Positions 1 to 29,100 of a stretch of DNA of 64,000 nucleotides are shown here, one piece after another. The notes below the pieces were generated by a model that was not told the origin of the DNA, made no database searches, and saw nothing but the letters and a program-made list of their open reading frames with translations. The stretch covers positions 1 through 64,000 of the forward strand of contig NIVC01003601.1 in assembly GCA_002269645.1 (NCBI GenBank). Reading direction: 5' to 3'. The position numbers were made by a program, and so were the translations under genes. Each line of letters opens with the position of its first letter. Position 1 is the first letter of the stretch. Origin of the DNA: Macrostomum lignano. Taxonomy: Eukaryota.

Positions 1-327
1 AAATAAAATTGGGTGGGGCGGGAGGAGTAGGCGCGGTTGGATGGTTTAAGATGGGAGGTTAAGAGCCAGTAAATGAGTCTTGGCTTTAAAAGTACATTAA
101 GATCTTCTGTTTAACTTACTACTAAAATGAAAGTAGCTTACACGCAAATTTGCTGAGGGCCCATCTAATTTATTCTAGTATCTGTGGGGTCAGACGGGAG
201 TTTTCTGTAAGTCAATCCCTGGGCCTATAAAAGCACTAGTTTAAGCTACATGTACAAAGCCTCTTCAATAGTGCTTGTAAATTTTATGAAAAATTTTAAT
301 ACAGAAAGCATTTGCGTTACAATGCAG

Positions 328-5911
<5,584 letters not shown>

Positions 5912-7856
5912 GGATCTGAGCGATCAGCTATGCAATGGGGGAGGGGGCAAATCCATTGCTTTACTCTGAAAATTGTTCTAATACAGCATGCATTGTATTG
6001 TAGGAAAAGCAGTTCTACATATTGCCGAACCGTCCCTAATTTTTGAGTACCAATATATCTTTTTGTGACTGGGTTAGTTGAATGTGTACTTTTAAACACC
6101 GCCGCAAATCAAGGTGACTACTCGTCATTCTGTACTTTTGTGATGTAGCTCCGCGGAGTCAATTAGATGTCTGAAGTAATTTACAGTTGGGTCAGAGACT
6201 TATTTAAAATGAATTCAAAACTTCTGGCCTTAACACATCAAAAGATTTGGTGGCTCAAAGCAATGCTTCAGTAACAATGCGAGTTCTTTGGAAAATAAGC
6301 CTAGAAGACGATCTTTGATGATGGTAATTCTTCTAATAATTCTTAGACCCTTGATTTATTGTAAATGCACGGGTTCAAAGTTGGCCAAAATGTTATCGAG
6401 GGATTTAAAAGTACAGCCGCAACTGCATATAAACTATCGTATGAGCAAAATATTGCAGCGATCCCTGCTTCAAATGTATTCTTTTCCGTGATATTCTTTT
6501 CTTAAAAAGCCAGTCCTTGTTGTGCAAACAATGGTTCAAAACTTTTGTTGCTGGTTAATGTGCTCAATATTTTTTAACTCTCATTATCTTTTCGATTTAT
6601 ATGTGTATGACTTTTTGTAAAGCAGCAATGTATTATTTTTCGAAATTGACATATTTGTTGAACTTAATAAACTTAATTTTCACGAGGTGAATCTTCCAAC
6701 TGAACTCGAATTCTTATGGCCTTTGGCAGGAGGTGAAAAAATATGAAATGTTTTTATGGCAAGAGGTAACTTTATATAAATGGATAGAGTACAGTATGTC
6801 ATCATACATGTATGTCATAATATTGAACGTAGCTTTATTTTGTAGTTAACTCTAGTGAAAATAATTATTCACACCGCGCTTGTTTATTTTATATTGTAGA
6901 ATCCATTATGCCTTCACCAGCAAACAATTTTCTGTCATGCCTTTTGATCAATACGGTTACACGCCCACAGATTATGAGTAATGCATTGATTATACAGAGA
7001 TACAGAGATTGATTAAGAGTTTATTCTTTTCGCGAATTTATCTTTGCTTGATGCTAAAATACAATCTGCTTCAGAGAAGAAAAGTTCAAATTTTTTACTT
7101 CTCGGTACCCTGATGATACTCGTAAAATGTTTAAAAAATACTTGTGTCAATCATAAATGTGTTAATAATGCACGTGTTCTGATGCTAATTACAGTTAGAA
7201 AAGTTTAAAACGCACCACTATTACAGTGGCGGATTCAAAACTTTATCTGAAATAACTTGGAAGCTCACTGACATTTTCCTTGTCACATGGCCTGCGTACG
7301 TTTGCAAGGTCCTGAGCTCCTTACTTGGTACAAACGGTCACAGATTCTCGACAGAATCGAATCTCTATAGGTTTTGCTCTATAAAAATCTATGTACAGGT
7401 GTAATTTTTTTACGATAAGTAAGAAGCTGTCGTTCTCGTTTGTCCAGCCTCCCTAGCTGATTTTAGTAGTAATACAAATGTATTTCTATTTTTTCCTTTT
7501 ACCCAAACATTAGAAGTCTAGCGCCGCTTCTCTTACTCTTAGTGTACTAATGGAAGTATGTCCATAAAAAATTAGGTAGGAAACCAAGTGTAATTTCTGA
7601 AGTTCCGAGGTCGTCGCATATAGTATCGAGGCGAGAGAATTATAAGTTAGCTTCGGAAAAGCTTCTTACAATTGGTATTAAGCAGACCTCACGAGCGTAA
7701 AGTCTTGACCTATAGGACACTCTTATAGCATGATGTTATGCAGGCTTCGATAAAATATCCCATTCAATAATTTACAAAACAAAATCAGGTGTGGCAGCAC
7801 CACATAGTTTATGTACAGGTCCGTTCGGTATTGTTAAAGTCAGTCAACTTCCAGAA

Positions 7857-17732
<9,876 letters not shown>

Positions 17733-18194
17733 TTTTCAGAGCCGGTGAGGCAAGTAAAACACAGCAGCAACACTTTGGCGAAACTTTTTAAAACTTGGAA
17801 AGAAGACAGACAGACAAGCTTTTTTTTATCTTCTTGCCCTAGCCATTGTTTCTTTCCCTCATCTGAGGCTGAGCTAGGTCTTTGGCTGAGCGCAGATTTT
17901 TTATTACAAAAATGCACAGTGAGAGGCTTAAACAACTGGGTGCAGGAAAGACAATCTATCTTATCGTCCTTTTTTACGTCGTAACGAGAGCCTTAGTGGG
18001 GGAGAGAGAGAGAGAAAAAGAGAGAGAGAAGTGGTTGCACTTCTGTGTCAGAAGATGAAATGCCCATCTCGCAATGTGAACGTCTTAAAAAACGTTCACT
18101 TTACATATTGTACTCATGTCAGATGTTTAAAACGATATACAACGCATAGCTATATTTAAGATTATTGTTCAGTAAATCACAGCAATTCCAAAAC

Positions 18195-19025
18195 AACGTT
18201 CACAATCACAGTGATCACAGATTGTTAACATTCACAGTCACAAGAGCTTAAAACTCATAATTCACAATCACAGTGATCACAGATCACCATTCACAATCAC
18301 AGTGACCACAGATCACCATTCACAATCACAGTGACCACAGATCACCATTCACAATCACAGTGACCACAGATCACCATTCACAATCACAGTGACCACAGAT
18401 CACCATTCACAATCACAGTGACCACAGATCACCATTCACAATCACAGTGACCACAGATCATCATTCACAATCACAGTGACCACAGATCACCATTCACAAT
18501 CACAGTGACCACAGATCACCATTCACAATCACAGTGACCAGCTCATCATTCATAATCACAGTGACCACAGATCACCGTTCACAAACGCAGTGACCACAGA
18601 TCACCGTTCACAAACACAGTGACCACAGATCACCATTTACAATCGCAGTGACCACATATCACTATTCACAAACACAGTGACCACATATCACTATTCACAA
18701 ACACAGTGACCACAGATCAACGTTCACAAACACAGTGACCATAGATCACCATTCACAAGCGCAGTGACCATAGATCACCATTTACAATCGCAGTGACCAC
18801 ATATCACTATTTACAAACACAGTGACGCTCACCAGTCACCATTCACAATCACAGTGACCGCAGGTCACCATTCACAATCACAGTGACCACAGATCACCAT
18901 TCACAAACACAGTGACCACAGATCACCATTCACAAACACAGTGACCAGCTCATCATTCATAATCACAGTCACCACAGATCACCATTCACAATCGCAGTGA
19001 CCACAGATGACCATTCACAATCAGT
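18195..19025. repeat. 29-bp minisatellite
   Basis: Unit CACAATCACAGTGACCACAGATCACCATT, about 28 copies. Confidence 0.96.
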
Positions 19026-19279
19026 GAAAAAATCCAGCATTTTTTAATACAGCGAGTTTGTTTATAAAGAAGTTTCTGTTTTCTAATTGCATAGAAACTA
19101 ACCGTTGATAGTTAATGACAATGTATTTAGCAAAATTTTAAATATTTTGAAACAGAAAAACTGCTTGTACACACATTGTACTACTTGCATTAGAAAACAT
19201 AGTAGTATAAATAATGTCTGAAATGTCTGTAGTTGTAATTGTTACAACTACAATGAAGTTTCAAATTCATTTGTATATT

Positions 19280-20727
19280 TTAGCTGGTTACGCACAGGTA
19301 AATGCCTGCAGACATCAGAGCCATTGCCAGTAACGCTGAAAGTAAAAATAGATTTTTAAAAGATAGTTTAGGCTCACTGTGTAGGTCAATTGCGATTGAT
19401 TTCCAAGATATTCACAAGTTAAACTACACCAAATTAACTCTGTACCCTGCATTCATTTTTCTGTCTACTTCTAACTACCGTAACGCTATTTACTCTTTGA
19501 TCTACTTCTTTATCTACTCTCTGATCTACTTCTTTATCTACTCTTTTATGTACCCTCTGATCTACTTTATCTACTCTCTGATATACTCGTACTTCGCATT
19601 CTAAACTCTGATCTAGCTTCTTTGCATTCTACTCTTTCATCTTCTCCCTACTCTCTCCCTACCCTCCCTATCCATTCGATCCACTTAACGATTTTAATGG
19701 TACAATTCTTCACAAAATTATTCCCGGAGCAATATCGCCAGTCTCTCACTTGTTGGTGCAAGTTTCTCTCCGTTGATTAACCAGCCAGTCAGAGATGTTG
19801 CCAAAAATGTCACCGTATTGGTCAGAGGGACGGCGATAGATAAACTTGCCTCGGCGAGACTCCACAGAAACAACAGAGAGGCCGACTGGTTCGCTGCCAG
19901 AGCCGTGAGATACTGCCGGGATTGAAAGGATTGTTGAAAAGTAAGGCCAGGCTTTTATGAGTGTACATTGGGGTAGAGGGGTTTTAATGGTTAGATTGAT
20001 TGTCTGCAAGTGTACATTGGGGGTAGAGGGGTTTTAATGGTTAGATTGATTGTCTGCAAGTGTACATTGGGGGTAGAGGGGTTTTAATGGTTAGATTGAT
20101 TGTCTGCAAGTGTACATTGGGGGTAGAGAGGTTTTAATGGTTAGATTGATTGTCTGCAAGTGTACATTGGGGTAGAGGGGTTTTAATGGTTAGATTGATT
20201 GTCTGCGAGTGTACATTGGGGTAGAGGGGTTTTAATGGTTAGATTGATTGTCTGCGAGTGTACATTGGGGTAGAGGGGTTTTCATGGTTGGATTGATTGT
20301 CTTCGGGTGTACATTGGGGGTAGAGAGGTTTTATGCTTGGATTGATTGTCTGCGAGTGTACATTGGGGTAGAGGGCTTTTTATGGTTGGATTAATTGGCG
20401 TACCGTATGTACACTCAGGAGAAGAGAAATTATCACAGTCAATCATAAAGAGTGTGCATTTAGGGTTAGAAATTTTAATAGCTTCGTCAGTAGTGTACAT
20501 ATACGTACACACTACGGATAGAAAAATAGAATCTAGTTTAAGACTTTGGTCACTGATTGTCAATCGTTCATTTTCTCGGCTCTAATATCGACACAGACCT
20601 TCCAATTGCGCAGCAGAGCTCCAAGGCTCCAAGCCTTGCTGTCACTTGTATCAGCGGCTGTGCTGGCCTTCATCAGGGCGTTTGTGACGCCCCAGACAAG
20701 TCCAACAGCTGCGCAGAGGAGTAGCAT
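19280..20727 (-). CDS. TMEM234: Transmembrane protein 234 (UPF0546, small DMT-like membrane protein), 115 aa
   Basis: Exons 20727-20599, 19912-19750, 19335-19280 join in frame: MLLLCAAVGLVWGVTNALMK...LLRNWK/YLTALAANQSASLLFLWSLAEASLSIAVPLTNTVTFLATSLTGWLINGEKLAPT/TLLAMALMSAGIYLCVTS. Family motifs WGxTNxLxK, NQxxS, LSxAVPxxN and GE recognised. Missed by the ORF track. Confidence 0.88.
19490..19670. repeat. Degenerate TATC/CTAC-derived minisatellite
   Basis: CTGATCTACTTCTTTATCTACTCT-like units in a TMEM234 intron. Confidence 0.75.
19960..20380. repeat. 49-50-bp minisatellite
   Basis: Unit GCAAGTGTACATTGGGGGTAGAGGGGTTTTAATGGTTAGATTGATTGTCT, about 8 copies, TMEM234 intron. Confidence 0.95.
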
Positions 20728-20857
20728 TCTTAACTGTCAATCACCTGGAAATTAAAGCATTGATTGATTCATTGAATTATTGATATGAAGGTATTCAAAA
20801 AGACACTATATTAAAACAGCACAAATATAGAAGTTTTTAGATATCAGAGATCGATTA

Positions 20858-21305
20858 GGATAGAATGGATTGCTAATCTAGCCAATCACAAATCAATTGG
20901 AATAGAATGGATTGCTAATCTAGCCAATCACAAATCAATTGGAATAGAATGGATTGCTAATCTAGCCAATCACAAATCAATTGGAATAGAATGGATTGCT
21001 AATCTAGCCAATCACAAATCAATTAGAATAAAATGGATTGCTAATCTAGCCAATCACAGTAAATTGAAATAGAATGGATTGCTAATCTAGCCAAGCACAG
21101 TAAATTGGAATAGAATGGATTGCTAATCTAGCCAATCACAAATCAATTGGAATAGAATGGATTGCTAATCTAGCCAATCACAAATCAATTGGAATAGAAT
21201 GGATTGCTAATCTAGCCAATCACAGATCAATTGGAATAGAATGGATTGCTAATCTAGCCAATCACAAGTCAATTGAAAAAGAATGGATTGCTAATCTGGC
21301 CAATC
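20858..21305. repeat. 42-bp minisatellite carrying AGCCAATCAC (CCAAT box)
   Basis: Unit GAATAGAATGGATTGCTAATCTAGCCAATCACAAATCAATTG, about 10.5 copies. Confidence 0.96.
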
Positions 21306-22009
21306 TTGGATGCAGAAATACATTTAGAAATGATAGTTAATCCAACACAAAAGATAATATCCTTCATCTTAAATCTTGAAAGCAACAGAGTTCAGTGATG
21401 AGGCAGAATCAGAATGACTCTACAATTAAACATCCGGCAAACGATGGATGACTCAGGGCACTACACAGGGATCAAGAGTATAGGGTGTCATAGTAACGGC
21501 AAGCCCTCCTCTCCAATTAAACAAAAAAAACGCAAAGGATCTCAGAAAGCGGCTTGAGAACAATTGTTCCTACTTCAAAAGAGTCCCAAAAAACAAAGAT
21601 GGATTATCTTTAGCGCATATTTTTAGATCGGCGCATCAAACAGACGAATCTACAATAGCAGCGAACTCGTTTTTGTTCGAAGAGCTATTCGGTCCCGTAA
21701 TTACTAAGATAAAGCAAACATCTTTTGACAAAGACTACAATTACCCATATTAGAGTGGAAAACGAAAGTTAGTAACAGGCCGTGTAATTGTTGACGAGTA
21801 GCAGTGGCGTAGTGAGATATCAGATTTCTCAAATAAAATGCACACGGCACATCTGAGCTGCTAGCTAAAGCTGTTTTTAGCTAGCGCGTGTCAACTTAGA
21901 AAGAATTGAGTTGGAATTCGATCAAAATCTTGACAAGATGTTGGAAAAGTTTTCTTTTTCACCTCAAGGACAAGAAAAAGAGCATAGCTAATTGGTGCGG
22001 GCCAATTAA

Positions 22010-22422
22010 GAGAGAGGAGAGGAGAGAGAAAGAAGAGGAAAATGAGGAGAGGAGAGAAGAGAGGAGAGGAGAGAAGAGAGGAGAGGAGAGAAGAGAGGAG
22101 AGGAGAGGAGAGAGGAGAGGAGAGGAGAGGAGAGAGGAGAGGAGAGAGAGAGAAGAGGAAAATGAGGAGAGGAGAGGAGAGAGGAGAGGAGAGGAGAGGA
22201 GAGAGGAGAGGAGAGAGAGAGAAGAGGAAAATGAGGAGAGGAGAGGAGAGAGGAGAGGAGAGGAGAGAGGAGAGGAGAGAGGAGAGGAGAGGAGAGAGGA
22301 GAGAGGAGAGGAGAGAGAGAGAAGAGGAAAATGAGGAGAGGAGAGAGGAAAGAGGAGAGGAGAGGAGAGAAGAGAGGAGAGGAGAGAGGAAAGAGGAGAG
22401 GAGAGGAGAGAAGAGAAGAGAC
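22010..22422. repeat. Polypurine (GA-rich) repeat
   Basis: GAGAG/GGAGA units with periodic GAAGAGGAAAATGA blocks. Confidence 0.95.
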
Positions 22423-23019
22423 ACAAACCTTGAACAGACAGAATTGCTATTGCGAAGTGTCAAAGGACCTGAAGGCCAGATAGAGAGGCTTCACAGATCG
22501 GAGAGGTCTTGACAATTAATAAAACCGTCGTTTTTAGCTGACAATATCACCCCCCCCCCAATTATATTTTATCTGTGGGAATCGGGATTGTGACAATTAA
22601 AAAGTAGACTATTATTGAGAATTATGCAAGGCTTTTAGAGTGGCTCGAAACAGGCAGACGCAAAGCCGCTATATGCGGGCTATTACAGACAGATGCGGTT
22701 GAAAAGGTGTGGATGAGAGATATCTGATAATGCTTTGCTTTCGCGTGCGCTTGATTATACCAGCCTGGCTACATTCATCCGGCTCTTATCTAACTATCAA
22801 TCGATTGATTGGCGAATGAGTGAAAAATGATATGTATCGTTTTAAGATGACTATGAAGAAGCTACACGGGGTAACCTGCATATTTTTATTGGCGAAATCT
22901 GTAATTGCAACATCGTTTACAAGGCTATGAGTTCTGCTGATATGGAATTCTCTGGGAAGTTACTTTAAGCTAAATCTTGAGCTAGTTTCTGGGCTATTTT
23001 CTATGTACGAGTAGCTTAC

Positions 23020-23365
23020 GGGCGATTCAATTGAGGCGATTTTGGGGCGATACTTGAGGTGATTTTGGGGCGATTCTTGGGGCGATTTTAGGGCGATTTT
23101 TGAAGTGATTTTAGGGCGATTCTTGAGGTGATTTAGGGAATTCTTGAAGTGATTTTGAGGCGATTCTTGAAGTGATTTTGGGGCGAATCTTGGGGTGATT
23201 TTGAGGCGAATCTTGGGGTGATTTTGGGGCGATTCTTGACCTGATTTTGGGGCGATTCTTGAGACGATTTTGGGGCGATTCTTGAGGTTATTTATGGGCG
23301 ATCCTTGAAGTGATTTTAGGGCGATTTTTGAGGCGATTTTGGGGCGATTTTTAAGGTGATTTTTG
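23020..23365. repeat. 21-23-bp minisatellite (TTTTGGGGCGATT core)
   Basis: Unit GATTTTGGGGCGATTCTTGAGGT, about 15 copies. Confidence 0.92.
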
Positions 23366-23954
23366 AGCAAATTCTCGAGTAAAATTAGCGACGACTTTCA
23401 CAGTTTGATTGCTGAAAAAATCTCGAGCAGGATTCCTGCGTGATGCTATCGCATGCTCGTGAAACATAAAATCTACCGGTAAAAGACACAGACGAAAAAA
23501 TGTGAAGACAAAGAAAAGACAACCCCGAGGCCCAGAAAGGCAGAAGCAGCTGTATAAGCATTGCGACACCACCTGACAAAACTAATTAAGCTCAAGCGGA
23601 CATAAATTAAATTTTGAAATCCAGCCGTTATTGGCCAAAAATCATTCATGTAAATTCTATTTAAAATTAAGGCTGGATAAGGTATAAAAACATTTTTTGT
23701 CACACTCTTTATGAAATCAATATATCACTCTAACGATACGTATATTTCTGAATTATAGATTGGCTAAATTCGTTTTTCATCTGTTTGAAATTAGATTTGT
23801 TCAAATATCTCAGTCAGACAATGGTGAAATTAATTTGAATCTGCCATTTTTTCATTGTTTAAAACCTGAAAGCATTTCAATTTCTATCAAAAATCGTGAA
23901 AATAAAAAACCACCATTAAGCGGAATGGATTATTAGTCATATTTTGCTTAGAAC

Positions 23955-25040
23955 AGGGTAGCGCCAATGTGTGAATAGAGTAGCGCTAAGGTGTGAATAG
24001 GGTAGCGCCAAGGTGTGAATAAGGTGGCGCTAAGGTGTGAATAGGGTAGCGCCAAGCTGTGAATAGGATGGCGCCAATGTGTGAATAGGGTGGCGCCAAG
24101 GTGTGAATAGAGTGGCACCAAGGTTTGAATAGAGTGGCGCTAAGGTGTGAATAGGGTAGCGCCAATGTGTGAATAGAGTGGCGCTAAGGTGTGAATAGGG
24201 TGGCGCCAATGTGTGAATAGGGTGACGCCAATGCGTGAATAGGGTGGCGCCAAGGTGTGAATAGGGTGACGCCAATGTGTGAATAGGGTAGCGCCAAGGT
24301 GTGAATAAGGTAGCGCCAATGTGTGAATAGGGTGGCACCAAGGTGTGAATAGAGTGGCGCCAAGGCGTGAATAGAGTGGCGCTAAGGTGTGAATAGGGTA
24401 GCGCCAAGGTGTGAATAGGGTGGCGCTTAAGTGTGAATAGGGTAGCGCCAAGGTGTGAATAGGGTAGCGCCAAGGTGTGAATAGGGTGGCGCCAAATTTT
24501 GAATAGGGTGGCGCTAAAGTGTGAATAGGGTAGCGCCAAAGTGTGAATAGGGTAGCGCCAAGGTGTGAATAGGGTAGCGCCAAGGTGTGAATAGGGTAGC
24601 GCAAGGTGTGAATAGGGTAGCGCCAAGGTGTGAATAGGGTAGCGCCAAGGTGTGAATAGGGTAGCGCCAAGGTGTGAATAGGGTAGCGCCAAGGTGTGAA
24701 TAGGGTGACGCCAAATTTTGAATAGGGTGGCGCTAAAGTGTGAATAGGGTGGCGCCAAAGTGTGAATAGGGTAGCGCCAAGGTGTGGATAGGGTAGCGCC
24801 AAGGTGTGAATAGGGTAGCGCCAAGGTGTGAATAGGGTGACGCCAAATTTTGAATAGGGTGGCGCTAAAGTGTGAATAGGGTGACGCCAAATTTTGAATA
24901 GGGTGGCGCTAAAGTGTGAATAGGGTGGCGCCAAAGTGTGAATAGGGTAGCGCCAAGGTGTGAATAGGGTAGCGCCAAGGTTTGAATAGGGTGGCGCCAA
25001 ATTTTGAATAGGGTGGCGCTAAAGTGTGAATAGGGTGGCG
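23955..25040. repeat. 22-bp GGCGCC-core minisatellite
   Basis: Unit GGGT(A/G)GCGCCAAGGTGTGAATA, about 49 copies. Confidence 0.97.
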
Positions 25041-25544
25041 TCAATCACTAGAAGCGGTGGGCGCCAAAATCAAGAATCAGTGGCGCCTATCACAAGAATC
25101 GTTGACGCTAAAGACAAAAAAGGCTTGAAAAATGTTTTGCCAGCAATAGTAAAGACAATTTCTGGGGAAGACAGAGATGAGGAGCGAGAAGGATTCTGCG
25201 TTGATTGTCCCAACCAAATTGCCGGGTTCAAATGCCTGACTACTTTAGCGAATCTCCCCTCATTGGCCCAGGAGCCTGCAGAAAAACAAGAGTCCCTGAC
25301 AAAGCCAAGCAACCCCTTCCCCTAGAAGCAAGCTGATAATAAATAGGGAAATCGCCGAGCTAACCAAACAGGGCCACAAAAGACGCAGAAACAAGCATAG
25401 CGATTTTGCAAAACTAAATTAAAAAACCGCGCGTATCCTGCGAGCAAAAAGGGTAAGACTTCAAAACCGTTGTTCTGTAATTTTGTTTCTTTTTTTTGAA
25501 CGACAAATTTCTCAAATGGTTTGCTTCTTAGCTACTTTATAGTC

Positions 25545-26030
25545 CTGAGATGGCGCCCCGCTTACTCCCCTTTAGTGGCGCTCAGCTTATTCCACTCTGA
25601 ATCTGATGACGCCCCCCTTACTCGACTCTGACTCTAATGACGCCCCGCTTATTCTACTCTGGTGGCGCTCCGCTTACTCCACTCTGACTCTAATGACGCC
25701 CAACTTACTCTACTATGATTGCAAGCCCGCTAACTTTATTCTGATGGCGCCCCGTTTACTTCGTTCCGATAGCGCCCCGCTTACTCTACTTTAGTGGCGC
25801 CCTCCTTATTCTGCTGTGGTGGCGCTCCGCTTACTCCACTCTGACTCTAATGACGCCCTGCTTATTCTACTATGGTGGCGCTCCGCTTACTCTAATCTGA
25901 CTCCAATGACGCCCCGCTTATTCTACTCTGATTGCAAGCCCGTTTACTTCATTCTGATGGCGCCTCGCTTACTTCACACTGATTCTAATGGCGCCCCGCT
26001 TACTCTACTCTGATGGCGCCCCGCTTACTA
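25545..26030. repeat. Degenerate GGCGCC-core minisatellite just upstream of the ARID3 ATG
   Basis: Units like TGATGGCGCCCCGCTTACTCTACTC; ends about 80 nt before the start codon. Confidence 0.88.
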
Positions 26031-26109
26031 GCACACTATAGCTCGTATACTGCAAAATCAGGTTTCTATCATTTAATTTCACAGCTTACAGAGAAGTAAA
26101 CAAAACTCG

Positions 26110-29100
26110 ATGGAGCAGCAAGAACCGGTAGAGCAGCAGCAGAGGCCTTCCACACCGCCCCACACACCTTGTTCGGTTGCCGACGAGAACGCGGAGCACT
26201 CTGATCTCCTGCACCGCAACGACCAACTTCAATTGCAGGATCTGCGGTTGCCAAAAGCTACGAAAAAATCACGCGATTTCCTAACTAGCAGAGATTTCAT
26301 GCAGCACCAGCAGCACCAGCAGCAGCACAATCATCAAGAGTTCCTCATGATGACCAGCTTCTTAAAGGCGAGAGCCGCCGCCGCTTCCGCCAGCTCGAAT
26401 GGCAACCAGGAAGCCCTGGCTCTGCCTCCGCCGCCGCCACCGCCACAGCCGCATCCGCATCCGTTCCCTCTGTTTCCCCATATACTGGGACATCCGCAAC
26501 TACCGCCGCTGCCAATGCTGCCGCCGCCTCTGCCGCCTCCGTCATCGTCAGCGCAAGGGTTTCAACAGCCACGCCAAGATGAACTGTCGAATAGGCGCCA
26601 TCATCAGCAGGAGCAGCCTTGTCAAGACGGTCATCCATCAGTGCTGGAATCCAACCGGCGCAACTTCGTGCTAGACAGGCGAGCCAACGACGATTTCAAC
26701 GAGTTCTACGCCGAGAGACAGCTCCTGATGCCCATGGACGACGAGATGGAGGACAACGCGGATGAGGATACAACGGACCAGAGGACGAGCCACGCAGCCG
26801 AAGGTGCGAGCGACTACTGCAGCGAGCGAAGCCCCCCGCCACATCCGTTGTCGTCTGGGAAAGAAACACCGGAAGGCAGCGACTCCAACACGGCCGGAGG
26901 GCAGCAGTGGACATTCGAAGAGCAGTTTAAACAGGTCAGCAAACTTTATGATAGTAATTCAGAAGATTTCATTGTTGAGAGCCTCATACCCTTTGGAAGT
27001 ATCATGCAACAATGACTCGTAGTTGTATTACATGTAGGTATCAAAGTGTGACACATCCTCGAAATGTCGCATCCTCAAGGTGTCACAACTGTTACATCCT
27101 CGAAATGTCGCATCCTCAAGGTGTCACAACTGTTACATCCTCGAAATGTCGCATCCTCAAGGTGTCACAACTGTTACATCCTCGAAATGTCGCATCCTCA
27201 AGGTGTCACAACTGTTACATCCTCGAAATGTCGCATCCTCAAGGTGTCACAACTGTTACATCCTCGAAATGTCGCATCCTCAAGGTGTCACAACTGTTAC
27301 ATCCTCGAAATGTCGCATCCTCAAGGTGTCACAACTGTTACATCCTCGAAATGTCGCATCCTCAAGGTGTCACAACTGTTACATCCTCGAAATGTCGCAT
27401 CCTCAAGGTGTCACAACTGTTACATCCTCGAAATGTCGCATCCTCAAGGTGTCACAACTGTTACATCCTCGAAATGTCGCATCCTCAAGGTGTCACAACT
27501 GTTACATCCTCGAAATGTCGCATCCTCAAGGTGTCACACCTGTCACATTCTCAAGATTTCACATCCATAAAGACTCACAACCTATCTCAAATGTGTGTAA
27601 TCATCAAAGTACCTTAGATCTTGTTATTATCAAATTGACTAATTGTTAAACATTTTCTTAACAATCCCCAATAAGTGACACGCCAAACACTCGCAGGTGT
27701 CGCGGACCCAGCCTAAAAATATTTCAAATATTTAAACATTGATAATAAAATCTAACAGTTTGAAAGACACTAAAGCACAGCGCTTTGTTTTGAAGTTCAG
27801 TTTGTCTAGCATAAAACTTCAAGTGCTGCAAAACTTACTAATATCAGCAAGCCGACAAGATCAACTAAGAAGCCGTATAAGTACTAAGAAGCCAGCATCT
27901 AAAGAAAACAAAAACAATAAGTGACACAAAAAAATCTAAAATATAGTCTTTGTTTGGGTTTTTAATTCCCAGTCGAAATGACAGAGGTATTCCAGACCTT
28001 CAACAGCACGGAGTTTATCACCCAACTGGGAGTTTCTGCATGGGTATTTCTCGCTGCAGCTGGGGGTCCAAAGCCAAGATTGTAAATTGGTTCAACCATC
28101 TTCTTTCTGTGGCTGCATAAGGCTTTCTCTCTCTGTCTCTGGAGTTGGCTAATTTACAGCGCAAGCCGTAGGACTTTTCTTGAAAATTTCTAAGAAAATA
28201 AATACGGTAGGATAAGCAAGTTTACTCTATCGTCCGCGTTATCAGTGAAAATGAGGGTGTTTGGGCCTCAGGGTTTCACTGAAAATGAGGGTGTTTGGGC
28301 CTCAGGGTTTCACTGAAAATGAAGGTGTTTGGGCCTCAGGGTTTCACTGAAAATGAGGGTGTTTTGGCCTCAGGGTTTCACTGAAAATGAGGGTGTTTGG
28401 GCTACAGAGTTTCACTGAAAATGAGGGTGTTGTGGCCATAGAATTTCAGTGAAAATAAGGTGTTTTGACCACAGAGTTTCAGAGAAAATGAGGGTGTTTG
28501 GGCCACAGAGTTTCACTGAAAATGAGGGTGTTGTGGCCATAGAATTTCAGTGAAAATAAGGTGTTTTGACCACAGAGTTTCAGAGAAAATGAGGGTGTTT
28601 GGGCCACAGAGTTTCACTGAAAATGAGGGTGTTGTGGCCATAGAATTTCAGTGAAAATAAGGTGTTTTGACCACAGAGTTTCAGAGAAAATGAGGGTGTT
28701 TGGGCCACAGAGTTTCACTGAAAATGAGGGTGTTTTGGCCACAGAGTTTCACTGAAAATGAGGGTGTTTTGGCCACAGAGTTTCACTGAAAATGAGGGTG
28801 TTTTGGCCACAGAGTTTCAGTTAAAATGAAGGTGTTTGGCCACAGAGTTTCTGTGACTCCAGGTCCAGTTTTAGCTCTCCAATATCTCTACAAGCTAATA
28901 TTATAATACCTTTATCTTATATACTCGTACGATCGTATATATAGAGTAATTTTATGCGCCAGGGCTAAACTTAGTCATACCAAAGTTTAGTACGGGCAAG
29001 ATGATGGCAGCTCCAGCTAAGGTTTCTCTATAGACTGACTGGCTTTAACGTGTATCCAGCAGCCACAGCTGCACACTTGCTTGTCAGTCGCTAAGCCAGT

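Noticed and set aside
21395-21480. GTGATGA box C candidate
   Set aside because: No box D or terminal stem within snoRNA range.
18195-28855. Regular 29-42-bp repeats as CRISPR arrays
   Set aside because: Head-to-tail tandem units with no unique spacers, no cas genes, eukaryotic intron context.
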